Assembly (NCBI GenBank): GCA_046754465.1
Contig: JBHHVU010000027.1
Span: 1 to 39,359 of the forward strand
Length of the DNA: 39,359 nucleotides
DNA from: Nitrospinaceae bacterium
Lineage (GTDB): Bacteria; Nitrospinota; Nitrospinia; Nitrospinales; VA-1
Reading direction: 5' to 3'
The notes under the pieces were generated by a model. It was not told where the DNA came from. It ran no database searches and worked only from the letters and a program-made list of their open reading frames with translations. The position numbers and the translations under genes are program-made. Shown here piece after piece: positions 8,983 to 19,015 of the stretch (positions are counted from its first letter, which is position 1; each line of letters begins with the position of its first letter).

Positions 8983-10804
8983 CCCCGTCCTTTACGTTTT
9001 CCCCCGGTTCCTCGGAATCGAATAACTGAAGTTCGAAGTATTTTTGATAAACCCCGCTGCGTTCCAGAAGTTCACCGTGGGTACCCAATTCGACGATCTC
9101 ACCATGGTCCATAACAACAATTTTATCGGCATGCTTGATCGTCGACAACCGGTGGGCGATGACAAATGTAGTGCACCGCGCCATCAGTTTCCGCAGAGCA
9201 TCCTGCACCAGTTTTTCGGACTCGGAATCCAGGGACGAGGTGGCCTCATCCAACACGAGGATGGGGGCATCCTTGAGAATAGCCCGGGCAATGGCGATCC
9301 TCTGTCTTTGCCCCCCGGAAAGTTTGACCCCGCGTTCACCGATCATGGTCTCAAAACCGTCGTCCAGGCGTTGGACGATATTATCCACGTGAGCCGCTCG
9401 GGCGGCGGCCTCTATCTGGTCCGGGGAAGCGTCCGGATTGCCGAAGGCGATATTGTTCCAAATGGTATCATTGAACAAAAAAGTTTCCTGGGTGACCAGG
9501 GATAAATTTTTCCGCAGAGATTTCAGCGTGAATTCCCGGATATTCCTGCCGTCAATCAATATTTCCCCACGGGTAACATTGTAAAACCGGAACAGGAGAT
9601 CGACCAGGGTGGTTTTTCCCGCGCCGGTCTTTCCCACGATGGCAAGGACCTCGGATTTCCCCACGCTCAGATTGATTTTTTTCAGTACCACCTCGTTCCG
9701 GGAAGGATAGCGGAAAAACACATCCCGGTATTCGATCCGGTCCTTGAATTCCGTCAGTTCGACCTTTCCTTCCCCCACCCGCTCTTCTGGGAGGTCGAGA
9801 ATGGCGAACACGCGCTCGGCGCCCGCAAGCGAGGTCTGAATATTGGCGTAGACCTTGAATACCAACCGCAGCGGACCATACAGCATGAACAAACCTACGA
9901 TAAAGGCGATGAATGTTCCCTGGCTCACCTTCCCCGACAATACCTGGCCGCCCCCATACCACAGTATGACCGCCGCACTCAGAATTCCAAGAAATTCGAG
10001 GAAGGGAGAAACCATTTCCACGTATTTCACGTTCTTTTTCATGACCGTCAGGTAACGCTGGTTAAAATCCCTGAATTTAGCAATCTCCCGGGGTTCCAAT
10101 CCGAACGAGCGCACCACCTTGATTCCGGAAAAGGATTCGAGAATGGTCGACATAACGTCGGCCAGAATTTCCTGACCCTTGTGGGTCAGCCTTTTTAATT
10201 TTCTGGCGATATTGGAGACAGGAAGGATCATGATTGGAAAAAGGATGAGGGCCAGGACAGCCCATTCCCACTTCAAATAAAATATCCAGGCGATGACCCC
10301 CAAAACCATAGCCCCATTCTGCATGACCTCTTTCAGCAAACGGGTGATGGTGGATTGCATGACGGGGACGTCGTTGACGATCCGGGAGATGAGTTTTCCC
10401 GTCTGGTGCGCTTCAAAAAAATCCAGCGGCAACCGGTGGACGTGATTGAACAGTTTCTCCCGGAAGGAAACCACCAGTTCCCACGAAATCCCGAACACAA
10501 TCAAGTTCTGCGAATACCCCAACACTCCCTTGATAAAATACAGTCCGATCAAAGCCAGGGGAATGAGTTTCAACATCAGGAAATCTTTTTCGACAAAAAT
10601 TTTATCGAAGGTTTTCTGAATGATGGGAATGGGAGAGGTGGAGATCGCCCCAACCACAATGGAAAAGAAAATCGCCAGAATCAGTTTGGGCCAATAGGGT
10701 CGTATGTAGCCCAACAGGCGTTTAAACAATCGAAAATTCTCGAAGGGTTTGGAAGAGGTCAAGGTCGTTGGCATCGAAGGACGGCCTTCCGGGGAAGTCG
10801 CCAT
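8966..10804 (-). CDS. msbA: MsbA-like lipid ABC exporter (TMD+NBD)
   Basis: Multi-helix N-terminal TMD, Walker A GKTGAGKT, LSGGQRQRIAIARA, ILVLDEATSSLD, IAHRLSTI. Confidence 0.8.
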   Translation of the reverse strand: MATSPEGRPSMPTTLTSSKPFENFRLFKRLLGYIRPYWPKLILAIFFSIVVGAISTSPIPIIQKTFDKIFVEKDFLMLKLIPLALIGLYFIKGVLGYSQNLIVFGISWELVVSFREKLFNHVHRLPLDFFEAHQTGKLISRIVNDVPVMQSTITRLLKEVMQNGAMVLGVIAWIFYLKWEWAVLALILFPIMILPVSNIARKLKRLTHKGQEILADVMSTILESFSGIKVVRSFGLEPREIAKFRDFNQRYLTVMKKNVKYVEMVSPFLEFLGILSAAVILWYGGGQVLSGKVSQGTFIAFIVGLFMLYGPLRLVFKVYANIQTSLAGAERVFAILDLPEERVGEGKVELTEFKDRIEYRDVFFRYPSRNEVVLKKINLSVGKSEVLAIVGKTGAGKTTLVDLLFRFYNVTRGEILIDGRNIREFTLKSLRKNLSLVTQETFLFNDTIWNNIAFGNPDASPDQIEAAARAAHVDNIVQRLDDGFETMIGERGVKLSGGQRQRIAIARAILKDAPILVLDEATSSLDSESEKLVQDALRKLMARCTTFVIAHRLSTIKHADKIVVMDHGEIVELGTHGELLERSGVYQKYFELQLFDSEEPGENVKDGDADAI

Positions 10805-11156
10805 TCAGAAGGGTTTCACATTCGGATTCGGACTAAAAAGCCGCGATGGAATGGGGAAATTCACCTGGCGATAAATCGAAATAATTAAATGCGCCAAATG
10901 TAATTTGAATTTTTATAAATGAAGAACCTGTCCCTTTTCCCAACGGACTTGCATCCGAATGGGATTCGGCCGAAATCCGTGCCGGGAAATGGCCCCGCAA
11001 TTTCGAGATTCTAGCAGATTCAGTGTTCTTTTTCAGGTGTCTTTTACAGGCGGTGGTTTCAGCAATCGATCGTGGGAGCGGGAACTGGCAATGGAACGGG
11101 CCGCGAGCCCTTCCGGCCCGATACTCCCCGGCGGGATGAATGAAAAAAGGATACTG

Positions 11157-11183
11157 GAAAGAATAAAAAGAATAAAAGGAATC
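11157..11183. repeat. Three imperfect 9-bp tandem repeats
   Basis: gaaagaata-aaaagaata-aaaggaatc. Confidence 0.5.
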
Positions 11184-11227
11184 GCTGGGTCGAGGAGAGG
11201 GTGACCGTGAAAATGAAAAGCCGCGGA

Positions 11228-11276
11228 AAGAAAAAAGCTCCCAGGCCATAAACTCAACATGATCCCGGGAGCTTTT
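11228..11276 (-). terminator. Large-loop terminator-like hairpin downstream of the Usp fusion gene
   Basis: aaaagctccc (11233-11242) / gggagctttt (11267-11276), followed by a T-rich tail on the minus strand. Confidence 0.55.
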
Positions 11277-11319
11277 GGGGTGACGAATTCCTAAATATCG
11301 GTTTAACGCGGTAAAATTT

Positions 11320-13305
11320 CTACGCGCCCACTTCCTTTTTCGGCAGGAAATCTTCCAGCCCCGCCCCATTGGCAATGGCTTTTTCCATCATTTTAACGGA
11401 TTCCGCGATGCCATTTTCGCAGACCTCCAACGTGATTTCCTTGATATCATTGGACGCAGCGTAGCCCATGACCCGATTCCGCGTGTTATCCCGCATGAAT
11501 CCCTTGGGGACCCGCTCGAGCCGTTCGAGTGCTTCGGGAGACCAGTTAAAGTCATCCGGACTGAGGGAGGCCCCGTACTCCTGGATTTCCTGAAGGGCGT
11601 TTTTGGCCCCGTTTGCCTCTCCATTGCCGTTTTCCTTAACGGTTTTCTCGTTCAAAATGCTGCTGGCAAACGCCCGGGAGATCGTGGAGATTTTCTGGAT
11701 CCGGGCATTTTTTTCGATCCTTGCCCTGGCTCTTCGCCGAACATGCCCGCCGGGGAACTCATCGAGGTAATCCAGGGCATCCTGGGTCCATGTGACCTGA
11801 ACCGAATCGAACGTGGTGATGGTGGTAACGTCCTCTTCTTCCTGCTTACCGGGCTTGAATTCCTCCTTATCGATGGGGAGGAATCTTTCGGCGGTGGCGT
11901 CACACACTCCGCAACGAACGACGTCACCTTTTAAAATCGTCCCGCAACTGGTGCACTTCAAGGTCACCTCTTCCGGCTGCTTGCCGGCGTGGGCCTCCAT
12001 CATCTGGTCTTTTAGTTTTCCCAACACCTCGGGGCTTTCGGCGTCCATGCCTTCCTTCTTCATATTTTCCCCGATCTGCCGCATGGCCTGCATCGCGCCG
12101 GCCGGAAGGATATTTTGCACCGCTTCGGTGATGACGCTGGAGGTGATCATGCTGTGCCCCCGTTCCAGGGCATAACGCAAAATCGCGGACGTGGCCATGG
12201 GGCGCACGAACCCGGGAATCTTATTCAATCGTTCCTTGGCTTCCGAGGTCCATTCGATGCTCTCCTCGGCCTGCATATCAATGGGCGGCTTGTACACCTT
12301 GCTGGATAAATACACATTACAAGGCACCAGGCGAAGCAAGTTTTCCGTATTGCCGCCAATATCCATGTCCGGAGCGCTGTGCACCCCTATTCGGCCCAGG
12401 ACCAAAAGGAAAGGATTCTCCTCTCGCGCATATTGGAGGACTTTCTCGAAAACCTTTCCATCCAAAAGGCGGACGGTGCATTCCAGGTCTTCCTGTTCAA
12501 CAATTTTCCGGGAAATTTCCAGATGGGCCTGGTAAATCTTGGCCAACCCCTTATCGATAATGTCTTCGTGCAGTTTCTCCTGCTGCTCAAACTTGAAGAC
12601 CTTGCCGGCTTCCTTGGTCAGAACGCCGGTCAGGCTGTTGAACATGGCATAATGAAAATAGGGGTCGAAGGTCGAAATGATCTCCAGGGGGCGGTTCAGA
12701 TGCTTCGCCAGTTCGATGGCGGTTTTCAGGCCGCCAAAGGAATGGCCGCTGCCATCGACGGCGACCACGATTTTCCCGCTGGAAGGTTTTTCCCCATGCA
12801 ATTCCGGAATATATTTCACAACCAGGGTATCGGTTTGAATCCGCCGGATCACCCGCTCCGCCACCGTACCCAATTGGCTATCCTTAATGGCCCCCAACCC
12901 CAGGGCTCCCATGATCACCAGATCGTAATCGGACTCTTTGATATCCCGGACGAGTTCGATCCAGTTGCGCCCTTCAAGCGATTTTCCAGCAAAGGGCACA
13001 CCCGCCTCCTTGCAACGTTTACTGGGAACATCCAGATAGGAGTCCGTAATCACCTCCATCCCCTTGGTGATCAACTGGTCATGAATATTGCGCTGTTTTT
13101 CCAGTTCCTGCTCATCCTGATACTCTTCGGGCAATCCGCTTTCCATTTGTCGAAACCGGACATCGTGCATTTTCGCGGCATACACGTGGCTCGCGGTGAT
13201 GGAAGTATCGCCAGTTTTCGCGAATTCCAGACCCAAATCGATACAGGCGTTGGAATAGTCGGAATTGTCTATCGGCAAATAAATATTTTTGAACATGGGG
13301 TTCAT
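11320..13305 (-). CDS. Tandem universal stress protein domains fused to three PCP_red-like (BchB/ChlB C-terminal) domains and a rubredoxin-like CxxC..CxxC motif
   Basis: Usp1 FKNIYLPIDNS...DLVIMGALG..LGTVAERVIR. Usp2 KIVVAVDGS...IGGNTENLLR. Repeats WTSEAKERLNKIPGFVR, WTQDALDYLDEFPGGHVR, WSPEALERLERVPKGFMR. Metal motif CTSCG...CGVCD. Confidence 0.85.
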   Translation of the reverse strand: MNPMFKNIYLPIDNSDYSNACIDLGLEFAKTGDTSITASHVYAAKMHDVRFRQMESGLPEEYQDEQELEKQRNIHDQLITKGMEVITDSYLDVPSKRCKEAGVPFAGKSLEGRNWIELVRDIKESDYDLVIMGALGLGAIKDSQLGTVAERVIRRIQTDTLVVKYIPELHGEKPSSGKIVVAVDGSGHSFGGLKTAIELAKHLNRPLEIISTFDPYFHYAMFNSLTGVLTKEAGKVFKFEQQEKLHEDIIDKGLAKIYQAHLEISRKIVEQEDLECTVRLLDGKVFEKVLQYAREENPFLLVLGRIGVHSAPDMDIGGNTENLLRLVPCNVYLSSKVYKPPIDMQAEESIEWTSEAKERLNKIPGFVRPMATSAILRYALERGHSMITSSVITEAVQNILPAGAMQAMRQIGENMKKEGMDAESPEVLGKLKDQMMEAHAGKQPEEVTLKCTSCGTILKGDVVRCGVCDATAERFLPIDKEEFKPGKQEEEDVTTITTFDSVQVTWTQDALDYLDEFPGGHVRRRARARIEKNARIQKISTISRAFASSILNEKTVKENGNGEANGAKNALQEIQEYGASLSPDDFNWSPEALERLERVPKGFMRDNTRNRVMGYAASNDIKEITLEVCENGIAESVKMMEKAIANGAGLEDFLPKKEVGA

Positions 13306-13438
13306 CTCTCCCTTCCAACCTTACTATCCGGGAATGTGCGGGTTGGGTAAAATTTGCAAAAATTTATCTTATGGATTCTGATTAAATTTCAGGCCATTAG
13401 GGAATTAATCAGAGACCGATGGCAAGTTTAATCCAGAA

Positions 13439-13466
13439 ATTCTATCAAATATATTACCCCTGTCAA
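13439..13466 (-). promoter_or_regulatory. Putative sigma-70 promoter of the Usp fusion gene
   Basis: Minus strand TTGACA-N16-TAGAAT. Confidence 0.6.
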
Positions 13467-13609
13467 TATAAAAGGGTTTTTTGATCACCTTGTATTTGCA
13501 GTGCTTAAAAGGCTCCTTCCTCATCCGGTTGAGCTTGCGAATTCAAGGATTACCGAAAATATCTCGGTTTTGTCCGGACCGCTGGACCAGCCCTTCCCCG
13601 CCGGGTTCA

Positions 13610-13636
13610 TCCTTTAACTCCTTTAACTCCTTCAAA
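13610..13636. repeat. 9-bp tandem repeats
   Basis: tcctttaac-tcctttaac-tccttcaaa. Confidence 0.55.
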
Positions 13637-13890
13637 ATCATAATCAATCAAATTCCCCCGCAAAATATACCGTCCGGCGGCAAAGATACTTTGCCTGAAC
13701 CTTAATTTTTAGCTAAAATAAAAACATTAAAGGGCAAAATCATAATTTAAAAAAGCTCTAACAAACACAAACTGCCGTTTGATAGACAATATAATCTGGT
13801 TCCGTCCAAAATCAAACAGAAGCCATGACCCTGAACCCACCACGTTCAAGACAACCATGAATTTCCACGAAACGCTTGGAGGAGAATGAC

Positions 13891-15291
13891 ATGTTATTTT
13901 CCAGCAGGGAGGAAATAACGGATCGGCTCAAGGGAGTCGTCGGGCAAAATAACGGCAGTATCTGCCTGGAAGATTCGGAAAAACTGCGCGGCGACCTGAT
14001 CGAAACGCTGGTGGAAAACGCCGCTTTAAATAGTTCCAGTGATATCAAGGGATTTTCAAGGTACATCATCAAATCCGCGGCGCAGGAACTCGGGATCCTT
14101 CCCGCATCGATCCAGGAATTATACGAGGCGCGGGGACGCGGGGAATTTAAGGGATTCACGGTCCCAGCGATCAACGTCCGGGGACTAACCTATGAATTGT
14201 GCCGGGCGGTTTTCCGTTCCGCCCACAAAGCGGAGTGCGCCGCTTTCATCTTCGAAATCGCCAAATCGGAAATCGGCTACACCTTCCAGCTTCCCCACGA
14301 GGTGAGTTCGGTGATCCTGGCGGCGGCAATCAAGGAAAATCACCGGGGACCGGTTTTTATCCAGGGCGACCATTTCCAGGTCAACGCCAAAACTTTCCTG
14401 CAAGACCGGGATAAGGAGATCGCGGGACTGAAAGACCTGATCCGCGGAGCCGTCGGAGCCGGATTCTACAACATCGACATCGACACTTCCACCCTGGTGG
14501 ACCTGAGCCAACCCAACGTCAAGGAAGAACAACGGTTGAATTTCGAGGTGGGGGTGGAGCTTTCGAACTTCGTCCGGGAACAAGAACCCCCGGACATTAC
14601 CATTTCCATCGGCGGAGAAATCGGTGAGGTCGGTAAACAGAACAGCACCGAAGAGGAATTGCGTGTCTATTTGGATAACTTCAATGAAACCCTTTCCCGG
14701 ATAAATCCCGGCGCCAAGGGAATCAGCAAAATTTCCATCCAGACGGGAACCACCCATGGGGGAGTTCCCCTTCCCAATGGAACGGTGGCCGAAGTCAAAC
14801 TGGATTTCGATACGTTGGTCCGCTTATCGGAAATCGCGCGGGAGGAATACGGTCTCGCCGGGGCGGTCCAGCATGGGGCCTCCACGCTCCCCGCGGAAAT
14901 GTTTCACAAGTTCCCCGAACTCGAAACCGCCGAAATCCACCTGGCCACCAATTTCCAGAACATCATCTATGACAGCCCCCATTTTCCCAAGAATTTCAAG
15001 GAGGAGATTTACCGGCACCTGCGGGGCAAATTCGCCGGTGAAAAAAAGGAGGGCATGACCGACGAACAGTTTATTTACAAGACCCGCAAAAAAGGTTTCG
15101 GGGAATTCAAGGCCCGGTTCTGGAGTTTGCCTGGAGAGGTAAAGGACGAAATCGGCAAGGAACTGGAAAGCCGGTTTGATTTCCTTTTCGATCAATTGAA
15201 CGTTAAAGACACGGTGAAGATGGTTGAAAATACCGTGAAGCCGGTCCCGCTTTCCCCCAGCCTGGAATTGGAAATCACCGCCTGCCCCTAA
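13891..15291 (+). CDS. Class II fructose-bisphosphate aldolase family protein (long form)
   Basis: FTVPAIN, FIQGDH, IDIDTS, GEIGEVG, GTTHGG, VQHGAS metal/substrate motifs. GGAGGA RBS before ATG 13891. Confidence 0.85.
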   Translation: MLFSSREEITDRLKGVVGQNNGSICLEDSEKLRGDLIETLVENAALNSSSDIKGFSRYIIKSAAQELGILPASIQELYEARGRGEFKGFTVPAINVRGLTYELCRAVFRSAHKAECAAFIFEIAKSEIGYTFQLPHEVSSVILAAAIKENHRGPVFIQGDHFQVNAKTFLQDRDKEIAGLKDLIRGAVGAGFYNIDIDTSTLVDLSQPNVKEEQRLNFEVGVELSNFVREQEPPDITISIGGEIGEVGKQNSTEEELRVYLDNFNETLSRINPGAKGISKISIQTGTTHGGVPLPNGTVAEVKLDFDTLVRLSEIAREEYGLAGAVQHGASTLPAEMFHKFPELETAEIHLATNFQNIIYDSPHFPKNFKEEIYRHLRGKFAGEKKEGMTDEQFIYKTRKKGFGEFKARFWSLPGEVKDEIGKELESRFDFLFDQLNVKDTVKMVENTVKPVPLSPSLELEITACP

Positions 15292-15361
15292 ATTTTCGCG
15301 CAAGAAAAATCATTCCCGCCGCACTCCCCTGGGGAGCTCAAACACCTCCCCACGTTGGCAA

Positions 15362-17551
15362 TCATTTTTTCTTTCCACCCAACCCGGAATATTTGAAAAT
15401 TTCCGACATGGCGTTCAAGAAATGGGTCTGCTCTTCCGCCCGGATGTCGGCGGCGTGTTTTTCCTCATCAAAAATGTTGAGCCGTATTTCCGGCGGGGGA
15501 GCGAGCAGTTTCTGCAAGGCGTTCCCCGAATGCACCGGAGGATGGCAGGCGCCCATTTGGCACAGATAGACGGTGGGCTGTCCCTGAATGGCCATTTTCC
15601 CCTCCGCCAGGGGCAGGCTTTTCTTCGTCTCTTCATTTTTATTCCAGACCAAAATTTTATTGGGACGGTAGTCCTGATATACGGTGGCCAGCATCTCTTG
15701 AAAGGCCGGGGTTTCCCGGGAGCCCGCAAAAACAATTTCGGTGGGTGAGGACAAAAGAAAATCCAGCGCGGCCAGACACCCTGTGAAGGCGGGGGGGCTC
15801 TGCTCCATTAAAGGTTTAAGCGCCCGCAACGCGCTTTCACTTTTTTCCAGGTACTCTTTTTTTCCTGTAAACCTTCCCAGCTTTAGCAAGGCCATAATAG
15901 CCTTGGAGCCCGCCGATGGAATGGCCTCGTCCGCCGGATTCTTGAGGCGGGAAACCAGTTTTTCGTGGGAAAGACCCGTCATGAACCAACCACCCTCTTT
16001 TTCATCCCAAAACTCCTCGATCATCCGGGCGGCCAGAAGATGGGCCCGGTCGATCCATTCCGTTTCCAGCGAAGCTTCATAAAGGGAAACCAGACCCTCG
16101 AGCAAGTAGGCGTAATCTTCCAAACACCCGTTGAACCGGCTTTGGCCCTGGTAATAAATTCTCCGCAAACCGGAGTCACTCCAAAGATGTTCCCAGATGA
16201 AACGGCCGCAGGTTTCCGCGGCTTGCAAATATTTTTTTTCACGCAGAACCGCATAACCCGCCGCCAGGGCGGTGATCATGAGTCCATTCCAGGCAGTGAT
16301 TGCTTTTTCATCGCGGGTGGGCTTAGGCCTTTTTTCGCGAGCCTCCCACAAGGTTTTTTTCCCCTTTTGAAGAATATGCTGCACCTCAAAAATGGGAACT
16401 TTCTCCTCCCTGGAAATGACCTCCATGGAGTCTTCGATGTGCAGAACATTCAGTTTGCCGAAATTTCCGGAGGGGGTTACGCCATAGGCCCGGGCGAAAA
16501 TCCTTGCATGGCGGGGACCCAACAGGTTGAGGACCTCCTTCAGCCGCCATCCATAGTAACTTCCCTCCCCCTCCCCGGTGACGGCATCCTGACTGGCATA
16601 AAACAAGCCCTCGGGTGACCTCAATTCCCGGAGAACATAATCCATCGTTTCACGGGCCACGGTTTCATAAACTTCCTGATCGGTGGCCTGAAAAATATCG
16701 AGATACAATTGGGCCAGCAGGGCATTGTCATAAAGCATCTTTTCAAAATGCGGAACCCGCCACATCCGGTCGGTGGAATACCGGTGAAATCCGCCAGCCA
16801 ATTGATCGTAAATTCCTCCCCGGGCCATTTGGGTCAAACTCTTGTCAATCATCTCCAAGACCTCCTGGGATCCGGTTCTCGCCCAATAACGCAGCAGAAG
16901 TGTATAAACCATGGATTCGGGGAATTTCATTCCCGAACCGAATCCGCCGCACTCGGAATCGTATCGTTCCGCCAGCATTTCGACCGCTTTATCGATCAAT
17001 TGCAATTCGGGGGTGCCGGAAGAAAGGCCTGCCTTTTCTCGGCGGGCCAGGTTTTCCAGGATTCTTTCTGCACGCGATTGAATCTCCCCGCGTTGATTAT
17101 GGTAGAGACCGTGCACCTGTTCGAGAACCTGGGAAAATCCGGGCCGATTGTATTTCGGCGAAGGGGGAAAATAAGTTCCCCCGAAAAAGGGTTTTTGGTC
17201 CGGGGTGAGAAAAATATTGAGCGGCCAACCGCCATGGCCGGTCAATTCGACCAAGGCTTTCATATAAATGGCGTCCAGGTCGGGGCGTTCCTCCCGATCG
17301 GCCTTGATATTGACGAACCGCTCATTCATTACCGCGGCGGTATCCTCGTTCTCAAAGGATTCCTGGGCCATCACATGACACCAATGGCAGGCGGAATATC
17401 CGATACTGAGCAAAATGGGTTTATTCTCCGTGCGGGCCTTGTCCAGCGCCTCCGGTCCCCAGGGATACCAATCGACAGGATTATGGGCATGTTGCCGTAA
17501 ATAAGGACTGGTTTCGTGGATCAGCCGGTTGGTGTGCCTATGATTTTCCAA
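15362..17551 (-). CDS. Thioredoxin-domain protein, YyaL/SSP411 (DUF255) family
   Basis: [57 protein letters not shown] start. Confidence 0.93.
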   Translation of the reverse strand: MENHRHTNRLIHETSPYLRQHAHNPVDWYPWGPEALDKARTENKPILLSIGYSACHWCHVMAQESFENEDTAAVMNERFVNIKADREERPDLDAIYMKALVELTGHGGWPLNIFLTPDQKPFFGGTYFPPSPKYNRPGFSQVLEQVHGLYHNQRGEIQSRAERILENLARREKAGLSSGTPELQLIDKAVEMLAERYDSECGGFGSGMKFPESMVYTLLLRYWARTGSQEVLEMIDKSLTQMARGGIYDQLAGGFHRYSTDRMWRVPHFEKMLYDNALLAQLYLDIFQATDQEVYETVARETMDYVLRELRSPEGLFYASQDAVTGEGEGSYYGWRLKEVLNLLGPRHARIFARAYGVTPSGNFGKLNVLHIEDSMEVISREEKVPIFEVQHILQKGKKTLWEAREKRPKPTRDEKAITAWNGLMITALAAGYAVLREKKYLQAAETCGRFIWEHLWSDSGLRRIYYQGQSRFNGCLEDYAYLLEGLVSLYEASLETEWIDRAHLLAARMIEEFWDEKEGGWFMTGLSHEKLVSRLKNPADEAIPSAGSKAIMALLKLGRFTGKKEYLEKSESALRALKPLMEQSPPAFTGCLAALDFLLSSPTEIVFAGSRETPAFQEMLATVYQDYRPNKILVWNKNEETKKSLPLAEGKMAIQGQPTVYLCQMGACHPPVHSGNALQKLLAPPPEIRLNIFDEEKHAADIRAEEQTHFLNAMSEIFKYSGLGGKKK

Positions 17552-17762
17552 ACTATGTTTCCTTTCCGCCCTTTAGTATGAAGAACCGGTCCCCGTTTTG
17601 ATGGAGGACCCCTCATCAATAGCCACAGGATACAAAATGTTGGGGAGGAAAATGAAGACTAATCTGGTTTGAGGATACAAATATAGGATAATGCGGCAGA
17701 CCTACCCACGGCAAACCCAGCCTGGAAGGAGGGAAGGAATTGAAAAACAGTCCGGGGTGATG

Positions 17763-18791
17763 TTACTTATGCAGCAACCCCTGACGGTACTGGTGATAAA
17801 AGTCTCGAACGCTTTCGTATTCGTCGACCGCGCTTTCTTCGAGGGCCTTTTTATCCTCGATGATGAAAGAAACGGCATTGACGTTATCACTCACTGTCAC
17901 CCCCGCACCCACAAGGAACGAAGGGGAGAACAGAACGTTGGGGCTGAGAAAGGAATCGATCGTCCGCCCGGCCACATTTCTCACCGTGGAGGGTCCCAGA
18001 AAGGGAAGAACGATATAAGGACCGGTAGGGACGTCGTGGTAGCCCAGGGCCTGATCCATATCTTCATTGACGTTTTCGATGCCATACTCCTGGCCGGCGA
18101 CATCGAGCATGCCCCCGAACCCGACGGTGGTGTTAATGACCACCCGGCTCAAAACCCTTCCCGATTTATCCAGGTTCCCCTGCGCCAGGGAACTGAAGAG
18201 TTTAACGGGTGTCAAAGCGTTATCGAATACATTTTTAATAACAATGCGGACATCCTCGGGCAACACATAACGCCAGCCCCGGGCCACCGGCTCCATGAAA
18301 TAATCGTAAATATTTTCATTGACGCCGAACATAAATCGGTTGTATTTCTCAAAAGGATCCTTGAGTTCGGGAAGTTCCTTTTCAAACGGTTTAGCAAAGG
18401 GGTCTTCCAAATCCTCATAAAATCCCTCGGACTCGGAAGGTTGCAAGGCGCTGGAAGCGGTCTGCCCCATGGATTCCGTGCCCACTCCTCCCCCATTTTC
18501 TTCAGCAGAGGGACTCTTTTCCCCGGAGCCGGCATCCGGCGGTTGGGCGGTTTTCTCTTCGGGGGGATATTTCTTTTCTAGCCGAATGGTTATTTCGGAT
18601 GTTTGAGCAAATAGTTGATCCGAAATATCATAAATGAAATCCTGGGAAGACCCCTCCTTCACAACAGGGTCATTTTCATCTGCAAGGGAGTTCGCGAAAA
18701 CTCCCCCGGGCAAAAAAAACAATAGCAGAACAAAACCCAGCACAAGAGACAAAGGTATCTTTCTCAGCATTCTTATTTTCACAGGTTCCAC
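17763..18791 (-). CDS. mlaA: VacJ/MlaA family phospholipid-asymmetry protein
   Basis: DPFEKYNRFMF, RVVINTTVGFGG, EDMDQALG, GPYIVLPFLGPSTVR, YESVRDFYHQYR. Confidence 0.88.
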   Translation of the reverse strand: MEPVKIRMLRKIPLSLVLGFVLLLFFLPGGVFANSLADENDPVVKEGSSQDFIYDISDQLFAQTSEITIRLEKKYPPEEKTAQPPDAGSGEKSPSAEENGGGVGTESMGQTASSALQPSESEGFYEDLEDPFAKPFEKELPELKDPFEKYNRFMFGVNENIYDYFMEPVARGWRYVLPEDVRIVIKNVFDNALTPVKLFSSLAQGNLDKSGRVLSRVVINTTVGFGGMLDVAGQEYGIENVNEDMDQALGYHDVPTGPYIVLPFLGPSTVRNVAGRTIDSFLSPNVLFSPSFLVGAGVTVSDNVNAVSFIIEDKKALEESAVDEYESVRDFYHQYRQGLLHK

Positions 18792-19015
18792 TCCAAAAAA
18801 ACAGCCTGTGGGAACAAAAATTCCCCTGCCGGAAATTTAAAATCACCCCCTCAGCAATCGGGGCAAGTTAATATATCATAGGTATCCTTTCAAATATAAC
18901 AAAAATGGCGCAAAAAAGAAAATTAAATTTACAACTGGTTTCTAATACACCTGTTTGAGTAATTGGGACTTTCCCGAATCTTTTGGCATGGATGGGTGAC
19001 AACCCGGATAAATTT

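Noticed and set aside
10833..11375. ORFs in the msbA-Usp intergenic region
   Set aside because: Low-complexity translations that cross a terminator-like hairpin and the 9-mer repeats; no recognisable motifs.
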